Source of the DNA: Armatimonadota bacterium
GTDB taxonomy: Bacteria; Armatimonadota; Armatimonadia; Armatimonadales; Armatimonadaceae
Reading direction: 5' to 3'
DNA length: 22,746 bases
Assembly: GCA_043754515.1 (NCBI GenBank)
Contig: JAYUUO010000285.1
Span: forward strand, 1 to 22,746
Under the pieces are notes generated by a model. The model saw nothing but the letters and a program-made list of their open reading frames with translations, had not been told where the DNA came from and did no database searches. Of the stretch, positions 8,599 to 16,581 are shown one piece after another; the stretch's first letter is position 1; each line of letters begins with the position of its first letter. A program made the position numbers and the translations under genes.

Positions 8599-10431
8599 CT
8601 AATTGACCGACTTCGGATCCTTCTTCGTTGGCTTTATGGCAAGCCCCAGTTCATCGAGTTGCTTCGGCTCCACCGCGCTCGGCGCGTCCATCAGCGGGTC
8701 ATAGCCGCCGCCCATTTTCGGGAACGCGATCACTTCGCGTATGTTCTCGTCGTCGCTCAGAAGCATCACCAGACGGTCAAGACCCGGCGCGATACCGGCG
8801 TGGGGCGGGGCACCGAACGCGAACGCTTCTAGCATGTGCCCGAACCGCGCGCTGATCTGCTCGTCGCTCAGTCCCATCTTCTTCAGGATCGCGACCTGGA
8901 TGTCCGGCTTGTGGATGCGCACCGACCCCGACGCGGCCTCGTAACCGTTGCATACCAGGTCGTAGCACTGCGCCCGCATCGCGGCGGGGTCGGTGTCAAT
9001 GAGCCGCATGTCGTCGCCCTTCGGCATCGAGAACGGGTTGTGGGCGAATGTCCATCCGCCCGTCTCCTCGTCCGCCTCGAAGACCGGGAAGTCTATGATC
9101 CAGCAGTAGGCGAGGTTGCTCTTGCTCACCAGTCCCAGGCGATCCCCGATCAGACGGCGCATCCGGTCCAGCACCTTCGCGACGGTCTCTTTGCTGTCGG
9201 CGACGAAGGCCACCATGTCACCCGGCACCGCTTCGGCGGCGGCGACGACAGCGGCCTTCTCCTCGTCGGACAGGAACTTCGCGACCGGCCCTTTCGAGGC
9301 CAGCCCGTCGTCGTCCACCAAAAAGTACGCCATTCCCTTCGCGCCGAACTCCTTCGCCCGCTCGGTCAATTCGTCCATGCCGGAGCGAGGCAGTCTCGCG
9401 CCGCCGGGGTAGCGGAGTGCCTTGACCTGACCGCCGTTTGCCAGCACGCTCTGGAACACCGCGAAACTCGTTTCGGCGAGCATCGGGGCGCAGTCCACCA
9501 GTTCTAGACCGAACCGGATGTCGGGCTTGTCGCTGCCGAACCGGGCGATTGCCTCGTCGTAGGTGAAGCGCGGGAACGGCTTGACGATCTTTTTCGGCGA
9601 CACGGACTCCACGACGGAGATGATCATCGCCTCGACCAGGTTCAGCACGTCCTCCTGCGTGACGAAACTCATTTCCAGGTCAATCTGCGTGAACTCCGGC
9701 TGGCGGTCGGCGCGCTGTGACTCGTCGCGGAAACATTTGGCGATCTGGAAGTAGCGTTCGATCCCGGACACCATCAGGAGCTGCTTGAACTGTTGCGGAG
9801 CCTGCGGCAGGGCGTAGAACTTGCCCGGATCGAGGCGGTATGGCACCAGGTAGTCACGGGCGCCTTCCGGCGTGGATTTGGTAAGGATGGGTGTCTCGAT
9901 TTCGAGGAACTCCTGGTCGTACAGGAACGCCCGGACGGCGCGCACGATCTCGTGGCGCAGACGCAACTTCTCGTACATGACCGGGCGGCGCAGGTCGAGG
10001 TAGCGGTGCTTGAGGCGTGCTTCCTCATTCACGTTCGTGTCGTCGAGTTGGAAGGGGAGGGCACGGGACGGGTTAAGTATTTCCATCGCGGTGACCTCGA
10101 TCTCGACCGCGCCGGTGGGCAGGTTCGGGTTGTCCGCGCCCGCGATCCGCGCGACGACGGTGCCGGTGATGGAAAGGCAGTATTCGTTGCGGACCTTCTG
10201 CGCCTCCGTATGCGCGGCCTCCGATCCCGAGTGGCGCGACGGGTCGGAGACGATTTGCACGACGCCGGTGCGGTCACGCAGGTCAATGAACGTCACGCCA
10301 CCGTGGTCGCGCACGCCGCCCGCCCAGCCGTTCACCGTCACCGTTTGCCCGATGTGCTCCGCCCGCGCGTCGCCGCAGTTGATGGTGCGTTGCCACGCCG
10401 GGGCTACCGCCGTTTCCGTCGAATCCGCCAT
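8599..10431 (-). CDS. aspS: Aspartate--tRNA(Asp/Asn) ligase, likely non-discriminating
   Basis: Start reassigned to ATG 10431. Motifs RDHGGVTFIDLRD, RYLDLRR, STPEGARDYLVP, ALPQAPQQFKQLLM, CFRDESQRADRQPEFTQID, RFGSDKPD, GAPPHAGIAPGLDRL and IREVIAFPK. Confidence 0.97.
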   Translation of the reverse strand: MADSTETAVAPAWQRTINCGDARAEHIGQTVTVNGWAGGVRDHGGVTFIDLRDRTGVVQIVSDPSRHSGSEAAHTEAQKVRNEYCLSITGTVVARIAGADNPNLPTGAVEIEVTAMEILNPSRALPFQLDDTNVNEEARLKHRYLDLRRPVMYEKLRLRHEIVRAVRAFLYDQEFLEIETPILTKSTPEGARDYLVPYRLDPGKFYALPQAPQQFKQLLMVSGIERYFQIAKCFRDESQRADRQPEFTQIDLEMSFVTQEDVLNLVEAMIISVVESVSPKKIVKPFPRFTYDEAIARFGSDKPDIRFGLELVDCAPMLAETSFAVFQSVLANGGQVKALRYPGGARLPRSGMDELTERAKEFGAKGMAYFLVDDDGLASKGPVAKFLSDEEKAAVVAAAEAVPGDMVAFVADSKETVAKVLDRMRRLIGDRLGLVSKSNLAYCWIIDFPVFEADEETGGWTFAHNPFSMPKGDDMRLIDTDPAAMRAQCYDLVCNGYEAASGSVRIHKPDIQVAILKKMGLSDEQISARFGHMLEAFAFGAPPHAGIAPGLDRLVMLLSDDENIREVIAFPKMGGGYDPLMDAPSAVEPKQLDELGLAIKPTKKDPKSVN

Positions 10432-10513
10432 AAGAGAGTAAGTCCGTTCTTTCAAAGAGTCGCCGCCCGCCGCGTTCGGTAGCGTACTGACTGTATCGCA
10501 CGGCGTGGGGTTT

Positions 10514-10543
10514 ATTATAACGGGAATTGCCGGACTGGTGCAA
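10514..10543 (-). promoter_or_regulatory. Sigma70-type promoter of aspS
   Basis: Minus strand: TTGCAC (10543-10538), 18 nt, TATAAT (10519-10514). Confidence 0.6.
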
Positions 10544-10640
10544 AGTCGGGGATGTTCGCCGCCATTCCGCCCCGAATCGCACCGCGTGACGCGGTAGGTA
10601 GACGGCTTGACCACGCCACTTACCAGTTCGGCAACCGTCC

Positions 10641-10650
10641 TGTATAATGG
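10641..10650 (+). promoter_or_regulatory. -10 box of gatB (likely leaderless transcript)
   Basis: TGTATAATGG with TATAAT at 10643-10648; ATG 10655 follows after 6 nt, leaving no room for an SD. Confidence 0.65.
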
Positions 10651-10654
10651 GCGC

Positions 10655-12103
10655 ATGGCGAATTCGTATCGGGTGAGCGTCGGCATGGAATGCCACGCCG
10701 AACTGCTCACACAGTCCAAAATGTTCTGCGGGTGCGCGAACGCGTTCGGCGGCGAGCCGAACACGCGCACCTGCCCCGTCTGCCTGGGGCTTCCCGGCAC
10801 CCTGCCCGTCTTTAACGCGAAGGCGGTGGAGCATGTCGTCCGCACCGCGCTCGCGCTCCACTGCGAGATTTCGATGCGCACCGTGTTCCACCGGAAGAAC
10901 TACTTCTACCCCGACTTGCCGAAAGGCTATCAGGTTTCGCAGTACGGCAACACGCCCATCGGCACCAACGGCTGGCTGGAGATCGAGAAAGCGGACGGCA
11001 CCGTGAAGCGCATCCATATCACGCGCGTACACCTGGAAGAGGACACCGGCAAGAGCATCCATAGTGACGGCTTGGGCTATTCCGTGATGGACTACAACCG
11101 CGCCGGGGTCCCGCTCATGGAGATCGTAACCGACTTCCCGCCCGACGTCGAGTCCGCCGAAGAGGCGCGGTTGTACGCGGAGACGCTACGCTCCATCCTG
11201 CTGTATCTGGGCGCGTCCGACGGGCGGATGGAGCAGGGGTCGCTTCGCGTCGAGCCGAACCCGTCCGTGCGCGCGGTTGACTCGGAGGCGTTCGGCGTCA
11301 AGACCGAACTCAAAAACTTGAACTCGTTCCGCGCGGTGCAGGGCGGGATCGAGTACGAGATGGCGCGGCAGATCGCGGAGATCGAGGCGGGGCGAACGGT
11401 AATCCAGGCTACTTACGGCTGGGATGCGGAGAAGGGTGTCACTGTTCTGCAACGGGTCAAGGAGTCCGAGCAGGAGTATCGTTATTTCCCGGAGCCGGAC
11501 CTGATCCCGATTGAGTTCACCCCCGAATACGTCGCAGGAATCCGGGACTCGCTACCGGAACTCGCGCTGGAGAAGAAGAACCGCTTCGTCATCGAATACG
11601 GTCTACCGCAAGCCGATTCGCTGGTGCTGGTGAACGACAAGGCGACCGCCGACTTCTACGAGAAAGCGGTGCGCACCGGAGGCGACGCGAAGGCGGTCGC
11701 GAACTGGCTACTCGGCGAAGTCACCCGCCTCGCGAACGCGGCGAACCTGCCGGTGGCCGGGACGCCGATCACGCCGCCCATGCTCGCCGAACTGACGGCT
11801 GTAATTGCGGATGGGACGATCACCGGCACCATCGCCAAAAAGGTCTTGGAAGAGATGTTCGCGTCGGGCAAGCCGCCGCGTACCATCATTGAGGAGCAGG
11901 GCCTGAAGGTCGCCGACACGGATGCCGTGGCGCGGATGGTGGAGCGGATCGTGGCGGCGAACCTGGATGTCGTCGCGAAGATCAAGGGCGGCAACGAGAA
12001 AAGTGTCGGCTTCCTGAAGGGGCAGGTGATGAAGGAAGCGAAGGGGCAAGCTCGCCCCGACGATATTGACCGGTTGCTCAAAGAGGCGATCGAAAAGGCG
12101 TAG
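10655..12103 (+). CDS. gatB: Asp-tRNA(Asn)/Glu-tRNA(Gln) amidotransferase subunit B
   Basis: Start reassigned to ATG 10655. Motifs [78 protein letters not shown] and GFLKGQVMK. Confidence 0.97.
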   Translation: MANSYRVSVGMECHAELLTQSKMFCGCANAFGGEPNTRTCPVCLGLPGTLPVFNAKAVEHVVRTALALHCEISMRTVFHRKNYFYPDLPKGYQVSQYGNTPIGTNGWLEIEKADGTVKRIHITRVHLEEDTGKSIHSDGLGYSVMDYNRAGVPLMEIVTDFPPDVESAEEARLYAETLRSILLYLGASDGRMEQGSLRVEPNPSVRAVDSEAFGVKTELKNLNSFRAVQGGIEYEMARQIAEIEAGRTVIQATYGWDAEKGVTVLQRVKESEQEYRYFPEPDLIPIEFTPEYVAGIRDSLPELALEKKNRFVIEYGLPQADSLVLVNDKATADFYEKAVRTGGDAKAVANWLLGEVTRLANAANLPVAGTPITPPMLAELTAVIADGTITGTIAKKVLEEMFASGKPPRTIIEEQGLKVADTDAVARMVERIVAANLDVVAKIKGGNEKSVGFLKGQVMKEAKGQARPDDIDRLLKEAIEKA

Positions 12104-12125
12104 GTGGCGGCGTCCTCGCCGCCGC
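12104..12125 (+). terminator. GC-rich stem-loop directly after the gatB stop
   Basis: GTGGCGGCG-TCCT-CGCCGCCGC; no U-tract. Confidence 0.4.
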
Positions 12126-12163
12126 TAGCACATCCCAACCACGCCGCAAGAAGGTAACATCCC

Positions 12164-12421
12164 ATGTCAGAAACCGTCCGCGTCCAACTCAATTTCCCCC
12201 TCGACCGTGTTAAGGAGCCGGTGATCTGGCACCTGTCGTTCCACTACCGCTTGAAGTTCTCGATCCGGTACGCCGCGATTGATATGGAAAAAGGGGGGTA
12301 CACGGTGGTGGACTTCACCGGCGAGCGCGACGACATCAACGCGGGCCTGGCCTGGGCACTGGAACAGGGCGTTGAGATCTCGGCACTCGGTATCAACGGC
12401 GCGAACGAGTGGGCGATTTAG
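12164..12421 (+). CDS. Standalone NIL-domain (MetN C-terminal-like) protein
   Basis: 85 aa with the pattern LNFP...EPVIWHL...KFSIRYAAID...GYTVVDFTG...INAGLAWALEQGVEI, matching the NIL/ACT-like fold; AAGG SD; directly upstream of metX. Confidence 0.7.
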   Translation: MSETVRVQLNFPLDRVKEPVIWHLSFHYRLKFSIRYAAIDMEKGGYTVVDFTGERDDINAGLAWALEQGVEISALGINGANEWAI

Positions 12422-12426
12422 CTCTA

Positions 12427-13599
12427 ATGGGTAGCGAAACTGACACACACCCGCCCGATGACCGGGAATGCTCCGTGGGCCTAGCGGAGAAGAAGATCCA
12501 CTATTTCGGCGGGAGCGACGCCGCGCCGTTCCTGCTGGATAACCGGCAAACCATCTCCGGGATCGAAGTTGCGTACGAAACATACGGCGTGCTGAGTGAT
12601 CGGCGTGACAACGTGATCCTGGTGACGCACGGCATCACCGGGTCGTCGCACGCGGCGGGGAAGTACGCCTGGACGAACCGCACGTTTGGCTTCTGGGACG
12701 GTCTGATCGGACCCGGCAAGGTGTTCGACACCGACCGGTTTTTCGTGGTCTGTATGAACAGCCTCGGCGGGTGTCGCGGCACCACGGGACCCGCGTCTAT
12801 TGATCCGGCGACCGGCAAGCCGTACGGGTTGCGATTCCCAATAGTGACGGTGCGCGACATGGTGAGGGTGCAGGAGCGGGTGCTTCGCGACCTATGGGGG
12901 GTAACGCACCTCGCGCTGGTCGCGGGCGGTTCGATGGGCGGGATGCAGGCACTCGAATGGGCGGTCACGTACCCAGACCGCGTCCGCGCACTGGTTCCTA
13001 TCGCTACCGCCGGGCGCGTCAATGCCCGCGCGATCGCGTTCAACGAGATCGCTCGCCGCGCGATCCTGCTCGACCCGCTGTTCCGCAAAGGCGACTACTA
13101 CGACGCGGGCGACGGGGGACCCGCTCAGGGCCTCGCGCTCGCGCGCATGGTCGGGACCGTGACCTATCTGACCGACGGCATCATGGAGGAGCTGTTCGGG
13201 CGCAAGCCAGCCGCGCAGGAGTCCGCGCTGGAGCGGGATCTGCACGCTCGCTTTGACGTGGAGCGGTATCTGCACGACGAGGGCACCGCGCTGGTGAAAC
13301 GCTTCGACGCCAACAGCTACCTGTACATGACCAAAGCCGTGGACCTGCACGATATTTCGCGCGGCTTCCCGAGCATGGCGCACGCGGTGAGCCGGATCAC
13401 GGCGAAGACGCTACTCGTCTCGATCTCGTCGGACGATCTGTTCCCGCCCCGGCAGATGGAGGAGGTGCGCGACCTGCTACAGGATGCGGGCCGCGACGTC
13501 CGCTACTTTTGCATGGATTCGGCCTACGGTCACGACGCGTTCCTGGTCGAGTACCGCAAGATGCTCCCCGCGCTACGCGAGTTCGCCGCCGCGCTCTAG
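12427..13599 (+). CDS. metX: Homoserine O-acetyltransferase (MetX family)
   Basis: VAYETYG, WDGLIGPGK, NSLGGCRGTTGP, nucleophile GGSMGG, GLALARM, RFDANSY, D in SDDLFP and H in GHDAFL. Likely start ATG 12427. Confidence 0.92.
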   Translation: MGSETDTHPPDDRECSVGLAEKKIHYFGGSDAAPFLLDNRQTISGIEVAYETYGVLSDRRDNVILVTHGITGSSHAAGKYAWTNRTFGFWDGLIGPGKVFDTDRFFVVCMNSLGGCRGTTGPASIDPATGKPYGLRFPIVTVRDMVRVQERVLRDLWGVTHLALVAGGSMGGMQALEWAVTYPDRVRALVPIATAGRVNARAIAFNEIARRAILLDPLFRKGDYYDAGDGGPAQGLALARMVGTVTYLTDGIMEELFGRKPAAQESALERDLHARFDVERYLHDEGTALVKRFDANSYLYMTKAVDLHDISRGFPSMAHAVSRITAKTLLVSISSDDLFPPRQMEEVRDLLQDAGRDVRYFCMDSAYGHDAFLVEYRKMLPALREFAAAL

Positions 13600-13669
13600 A
13601 AAGCCCGGTACGGAAAAAATCAAATCATACTGAACGAGCGAGGTAAATACGACACGGAACGTTGACGGA

Positions 13670-14149
13670 GTGACCTATGAGGGTTTAGGCAGAACCCTGC
13701 GCCACCTTCGCTTCGAGGTGCGGGAACGAGCCGAGGCCCGATCGTACCCGCACCGAGAAAGTGGGGCGTCTATTGTCTACCCACGCCAACCACTCACGCA
13801 GACTGCTCTCTTACACCACGTCCTTGAAGCGCGGGCAACGGCTGACGGGTTTGGCCTACTCGATGCGTCCGACTTCGATCTGCTTCTCCTGCACGAGGCG
13901 CGGCCACCGGCGGTGTGGGGACGGACTCCGAGCAACGGCAATCGGCGGGTCCACGCGTCGCGACGCGCTGACGTAGTCCACTCAAATAGGGGATCTGCGG
14001 GCGAAGCTACAAGTCGCTCGGCGCGGGCGTGTCGGAGCGGAGCGCGGCCAGCGTCTCTCGTAGCGTCTGCACTTCGCGGGCCGCGACCTCTCGCTCGTCC
14101 GCGAGGCGCGCCGACTGGAACGCGACCGTGGCTTGCGACGCGAATGTGA
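13670..14149 (+). CDS. Hypothetical protein; first ~75 aa weakly HicA-like, remainder probably read-through
   Basis: MTYEGLGRTLRHLRFEVRERAEARSYPHRESGASIVYP...HHVLEARATADGFG shows an alpha-beta-beta-beta-alpha-like pattern. The C-terminal half is Arg/Ala-rich and overlaps the convergent GAF gene by 143 bp. Confidence 0.35.
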   Translation: MTYEGLGRTLRHLRFEVRERAEARSYPHRESGASIVYPRQPLTQTALLHHVLEARATADGFGLLDASDFDLLLLHEARPPAVWGRTPSNGNRRVHASRRADVVHSNRGSAGEATSRSARACRSGARPASLVASALRGPRPLARPRGAPTGTRPWLATRM

Positions 14150-16211
14150 GTAGGAGGCGTAGATCCTCCCCGCGCCACCGTCGCTCTTTACGTGTGTACA
14201 TTTCGAGCACGCCGACCACCCCGCCACCGCTCCGGAGCGGGACCGCGATCAGGGAGGCGGCTTTGCCCCGTGCCGGTCGCGTGAGGGCGCGATCCCAGCG
14301 GGTGTCTTCCGACAGGTCCTCGACGATCAGGGAGCGGGCGCGCCGCGCTACCCAGTTCGCCGGGTGGTCGTCGCCGGTGGGCAGGGTGACCGGGTTCGGC
14401 ATTTCGGTCGCCCGCAGGTTCGACGCGGAACCAGCCCCCTCCGGCTCGTAGGCGAGGCGGAACCCGTGCCGCGCCACCAGTTCGAGACACGGCCCTTTTT
14501 CGCCCTCCTTCACCGCGTACAGGGCGCAACGATCCCCGCCCATGATCTCCAGCGTCAGCGTCGCGATCAGGAACGGCACCGCGCGGGGCGACCGCGCCGA
14601 ACCGAGCGCGCGGGCGACCCGGTGGAAATACTTGCGTATCTCCCGCCCTTTCTCGCGCACCTCGGCGTAGATCCGGGCGTTCTCCAGTGAGACCGCCGCC
14701 TGGTTCGCCACTGTATAGAGTAGCTCCATCTCGGCGATAGTGAAGAAGCGGCGTCGCGAGGACAGGGCGCACAGTACCCCGATTGCCCGTTGCCCGGCCT
14801 GGAGCGGCATACACGCGAGTGACACGACGCCCTCGTTCTGGAGCGGGAAGCCGGACTGCGCGTTCCGGTGATCCGCCGCCACGTCCGACACCGCGGTCGG
14901 CGTCTCGAACTCCATGACCCAGCCGGGGATGCCCGCCCCGCCCGCGTTCCGCGAACGCTCCTCGGCACCAGGAGCGAGGCCGCGTGACGCGGCCAGCTCG
15001 AGCCGGTCCGACGCCTCGTCGTGCAGGAGTAGCGCGAACTTATCCACGCCGAGGAGCGAGATCACGGCGTCCGCGACCCGCTCCGGGATAGTGCCGCTAT
15101 CCAGAGAGGAAGAGACCGTTTGGGACAGTGCGTACAGCGTGGTCGCCTCCTCCGCGCGCCGCGTCGCGTCCTCGAATAGTAGGGCATTATCAAGGGCATT
15201 CCCGGTCTGCGTGGATAACGCCGACAGCAGGTTCGCGTCCGCGAGTGTGTAGGCACCGGAGGGCTGGTTGGACAGCACGAGGAGTAGCCCGTGGGTCGTC
15301 TCCCCGGAGCGCAGCGCACATCCGATACCGGAGCGTGTCGGCAGGTCGGTGAACGGGGCCTCGAAAGGCCGGGAGATCGGGGTGACGGCCTCCCCGTAGT
15401 CGTCGTCGCTATCGAACCGCAGGAAAACCGGGCGCGGTGCCGATAGGATCGCGCGGGCGACGCCGCCCGATGCCGCAAGCACCGTCTCGCGTTGCTCGGC
15501 GGTCAGCCCGTTCTCCCCGGCGACGAACAGCCGACTCCGCTCGTCACCAAATAGAAAGACCGCCACCACGTTGTTCGGCAGGTGTGCGGTGGTTTGTTGC
15601 ACCACCGCCTGCAAAACCTCCTGCACCGAGAGGTGTCCGGCGATGCCGCGCACGGCGTCGTATAGGATGCCTAGTTCGCGGCTCTGGCGGCGGGAGTCCT
15701 CGCGCCGCTTCGCGCCGACGAGGGCGACCGAGGCGGCTTTGGCGAGTGTGGAAAGGGCGAGCAAATCGTTCCCGTCGAAAGGGCGATGCTCCGCCTTATT
15801 AAGGGCGGCGAGCGCGCCCACTGGCACCCCGCCCGCGAACAGCGGCACCACCGCCGCCGAGAGCGGGTCGCCGTTCCCGAGAGCCACCTTCTCGGGGCGA
15901 TAAAAAAGCCGCGCCTCGCCGGTGCGCGCTGCGCCGCCGAGGAGCGAGTCGCCGACGTGGACCTGCGTACCGACCGTGCCGTCGGTGTTGTCCCCGGTCG
16001 CCGCGCTGAAAGTGAGTAGTTCCCGGCTGGTGTCGAGGAGTGCCACGAACGCGGAGGCGGCACCCGTCAAAAGCAACGCCTTCTCGGTCACCTGCGCGAA
16101 CACCGGCTCCGGCGCGTCGTCCTGGGCGAGCAGAGACAACACCTCGTGTAAGGCGGTGAGTAGCGCTGCGTCGCTCGCGGAATCGGTGGGGTACATCGGC
16201 GGTGCCCTCAT
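14007..16211 (-). CDS. Tandem four-GAF-domain protein with no recognisable output domain
   Basis: Four repeats ending in GAF terminal helices (FDGNDLLALSTLA, YTLADANLLSALS, FTIAEMELLYTVANQAAVSLENAR, WRGEDLRLLLTFASQA), followed by a short coiled coil. Confidence 0.88.
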   Translation of the reverse strand: MRAPPMYPTDSASDAALLTALHEVLSLLAQDDAPEPVFAQVTEKALLLTGAASAFVALLDTSRELLTFSAATGDNTDGTVGTQVHVGDSLLGGAARTGEARLFYRPEKVALGNGDPLSAAVVPLFAGGVPVGALAALNKAEHRPFDGNDLLALSTLAKAASVALVGAKRREDSRRQSRELGILYDAVRGIAGHLSVQEVLQAVVQQTTAHLPNNVVAVFLFGDERSRLFVAGENGLTAEQRETVLAASGGVARAILSAPRPVFLRFDSDDDYGEAVTPISRPFEAPFTDLPTRSGIGCALRSGETTHGLLLVLSNQPSGAYTLADANLLSALSTQTGNALDNALLFEDATRRAEEATTLYALSQTVSSSLDSGTIPERVADAVISLLGVDKFALLLHDEASDRLELAASRGLAPGAEERSRNAGGAGIPGWVMEFETPTAVSDVAADHRNAQSGFPLQNEGVVSLACMPLQAGQRAIGVLCALSSRRRFFTIAEMELLYTVANQAAVSLENARIYAEVREKGREIRKYFHRVARALGSARSPRAVPFLIATLTLEIMGGDRCALYAVKEGEKGPCLELVARHGFRLAYEPEGAGSASNLRATEMPNPVTLPTGDDHPANWVARRARSLIVEDLSEDTRWDRALTRPARGKAASLIAVPLRSGGGVVGVLEMYTRKERRWRGEDLRLLLTFASQATVAFQSARLADEREVAAREVQTLRETLAALRSDTPAPSDL

Positions 16212-16581
16212 TTTAGCCGTCTACCCGTCCGGTGTCAAATGACCACGCGACGATTCGTCCTCAATCCGCCGCATCAGGGGGGAAGCATGATACAACGTAC
16301 TATTCCGACCGTCCTCAACCCACCCGGAAGTATTATGTTTCAAACCCGGCGTGGTGGGCTATATAGAGAGCGCGAAGCAATGCGTTTTCACCGGAAAATA
16401 ATCGTTCTGACCAGATCTCCGGCGCAATGTCGCGCCCTTTTCTTGCCGCGCCGACGCGACAGCGTGGGGAACTCCGTCGTTTCCATGGGACCGCTCGTCG
16501 GTCGTGAATCGCACGGATGTCCCGCCCGCATCCGCGAGCGATGCCGGAAATAAAATTTACGGGCGGGTTTAGGAGAGAATC

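Noticed and set aside
10432..10654. T-box riboswitch before aspS or gatB
   Set aside because: The predicted aspS leader is only about 75 nt and gatB appears leaderless; no T-box consensus or terminator/antiterminator seen.
10432..10881. 150-aa N-terminal extension of aspS in the ORF track
   Set aside because: Overlaps gatB antisense and both promoters; AspRS homology begins only after Met 10431.
9793..11062. 229-aa (+) and 259-aa (-) ORFs opposite aspS and gatB
   Set aside because: Antisense shadows of well-supported housekeeping genes.
12104..12163. SAM riboswitch upstream of NIL-metX
   Set aside because: Only 60 nt containing one simple hairpin; no SAM-I core sequences seen.
16239..16553. 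104-aa ORF in the GAF/GT4 intergenic region
   Set aside because: No recognisable homology and atypical codon usage; more simply explained as promoter DNA.
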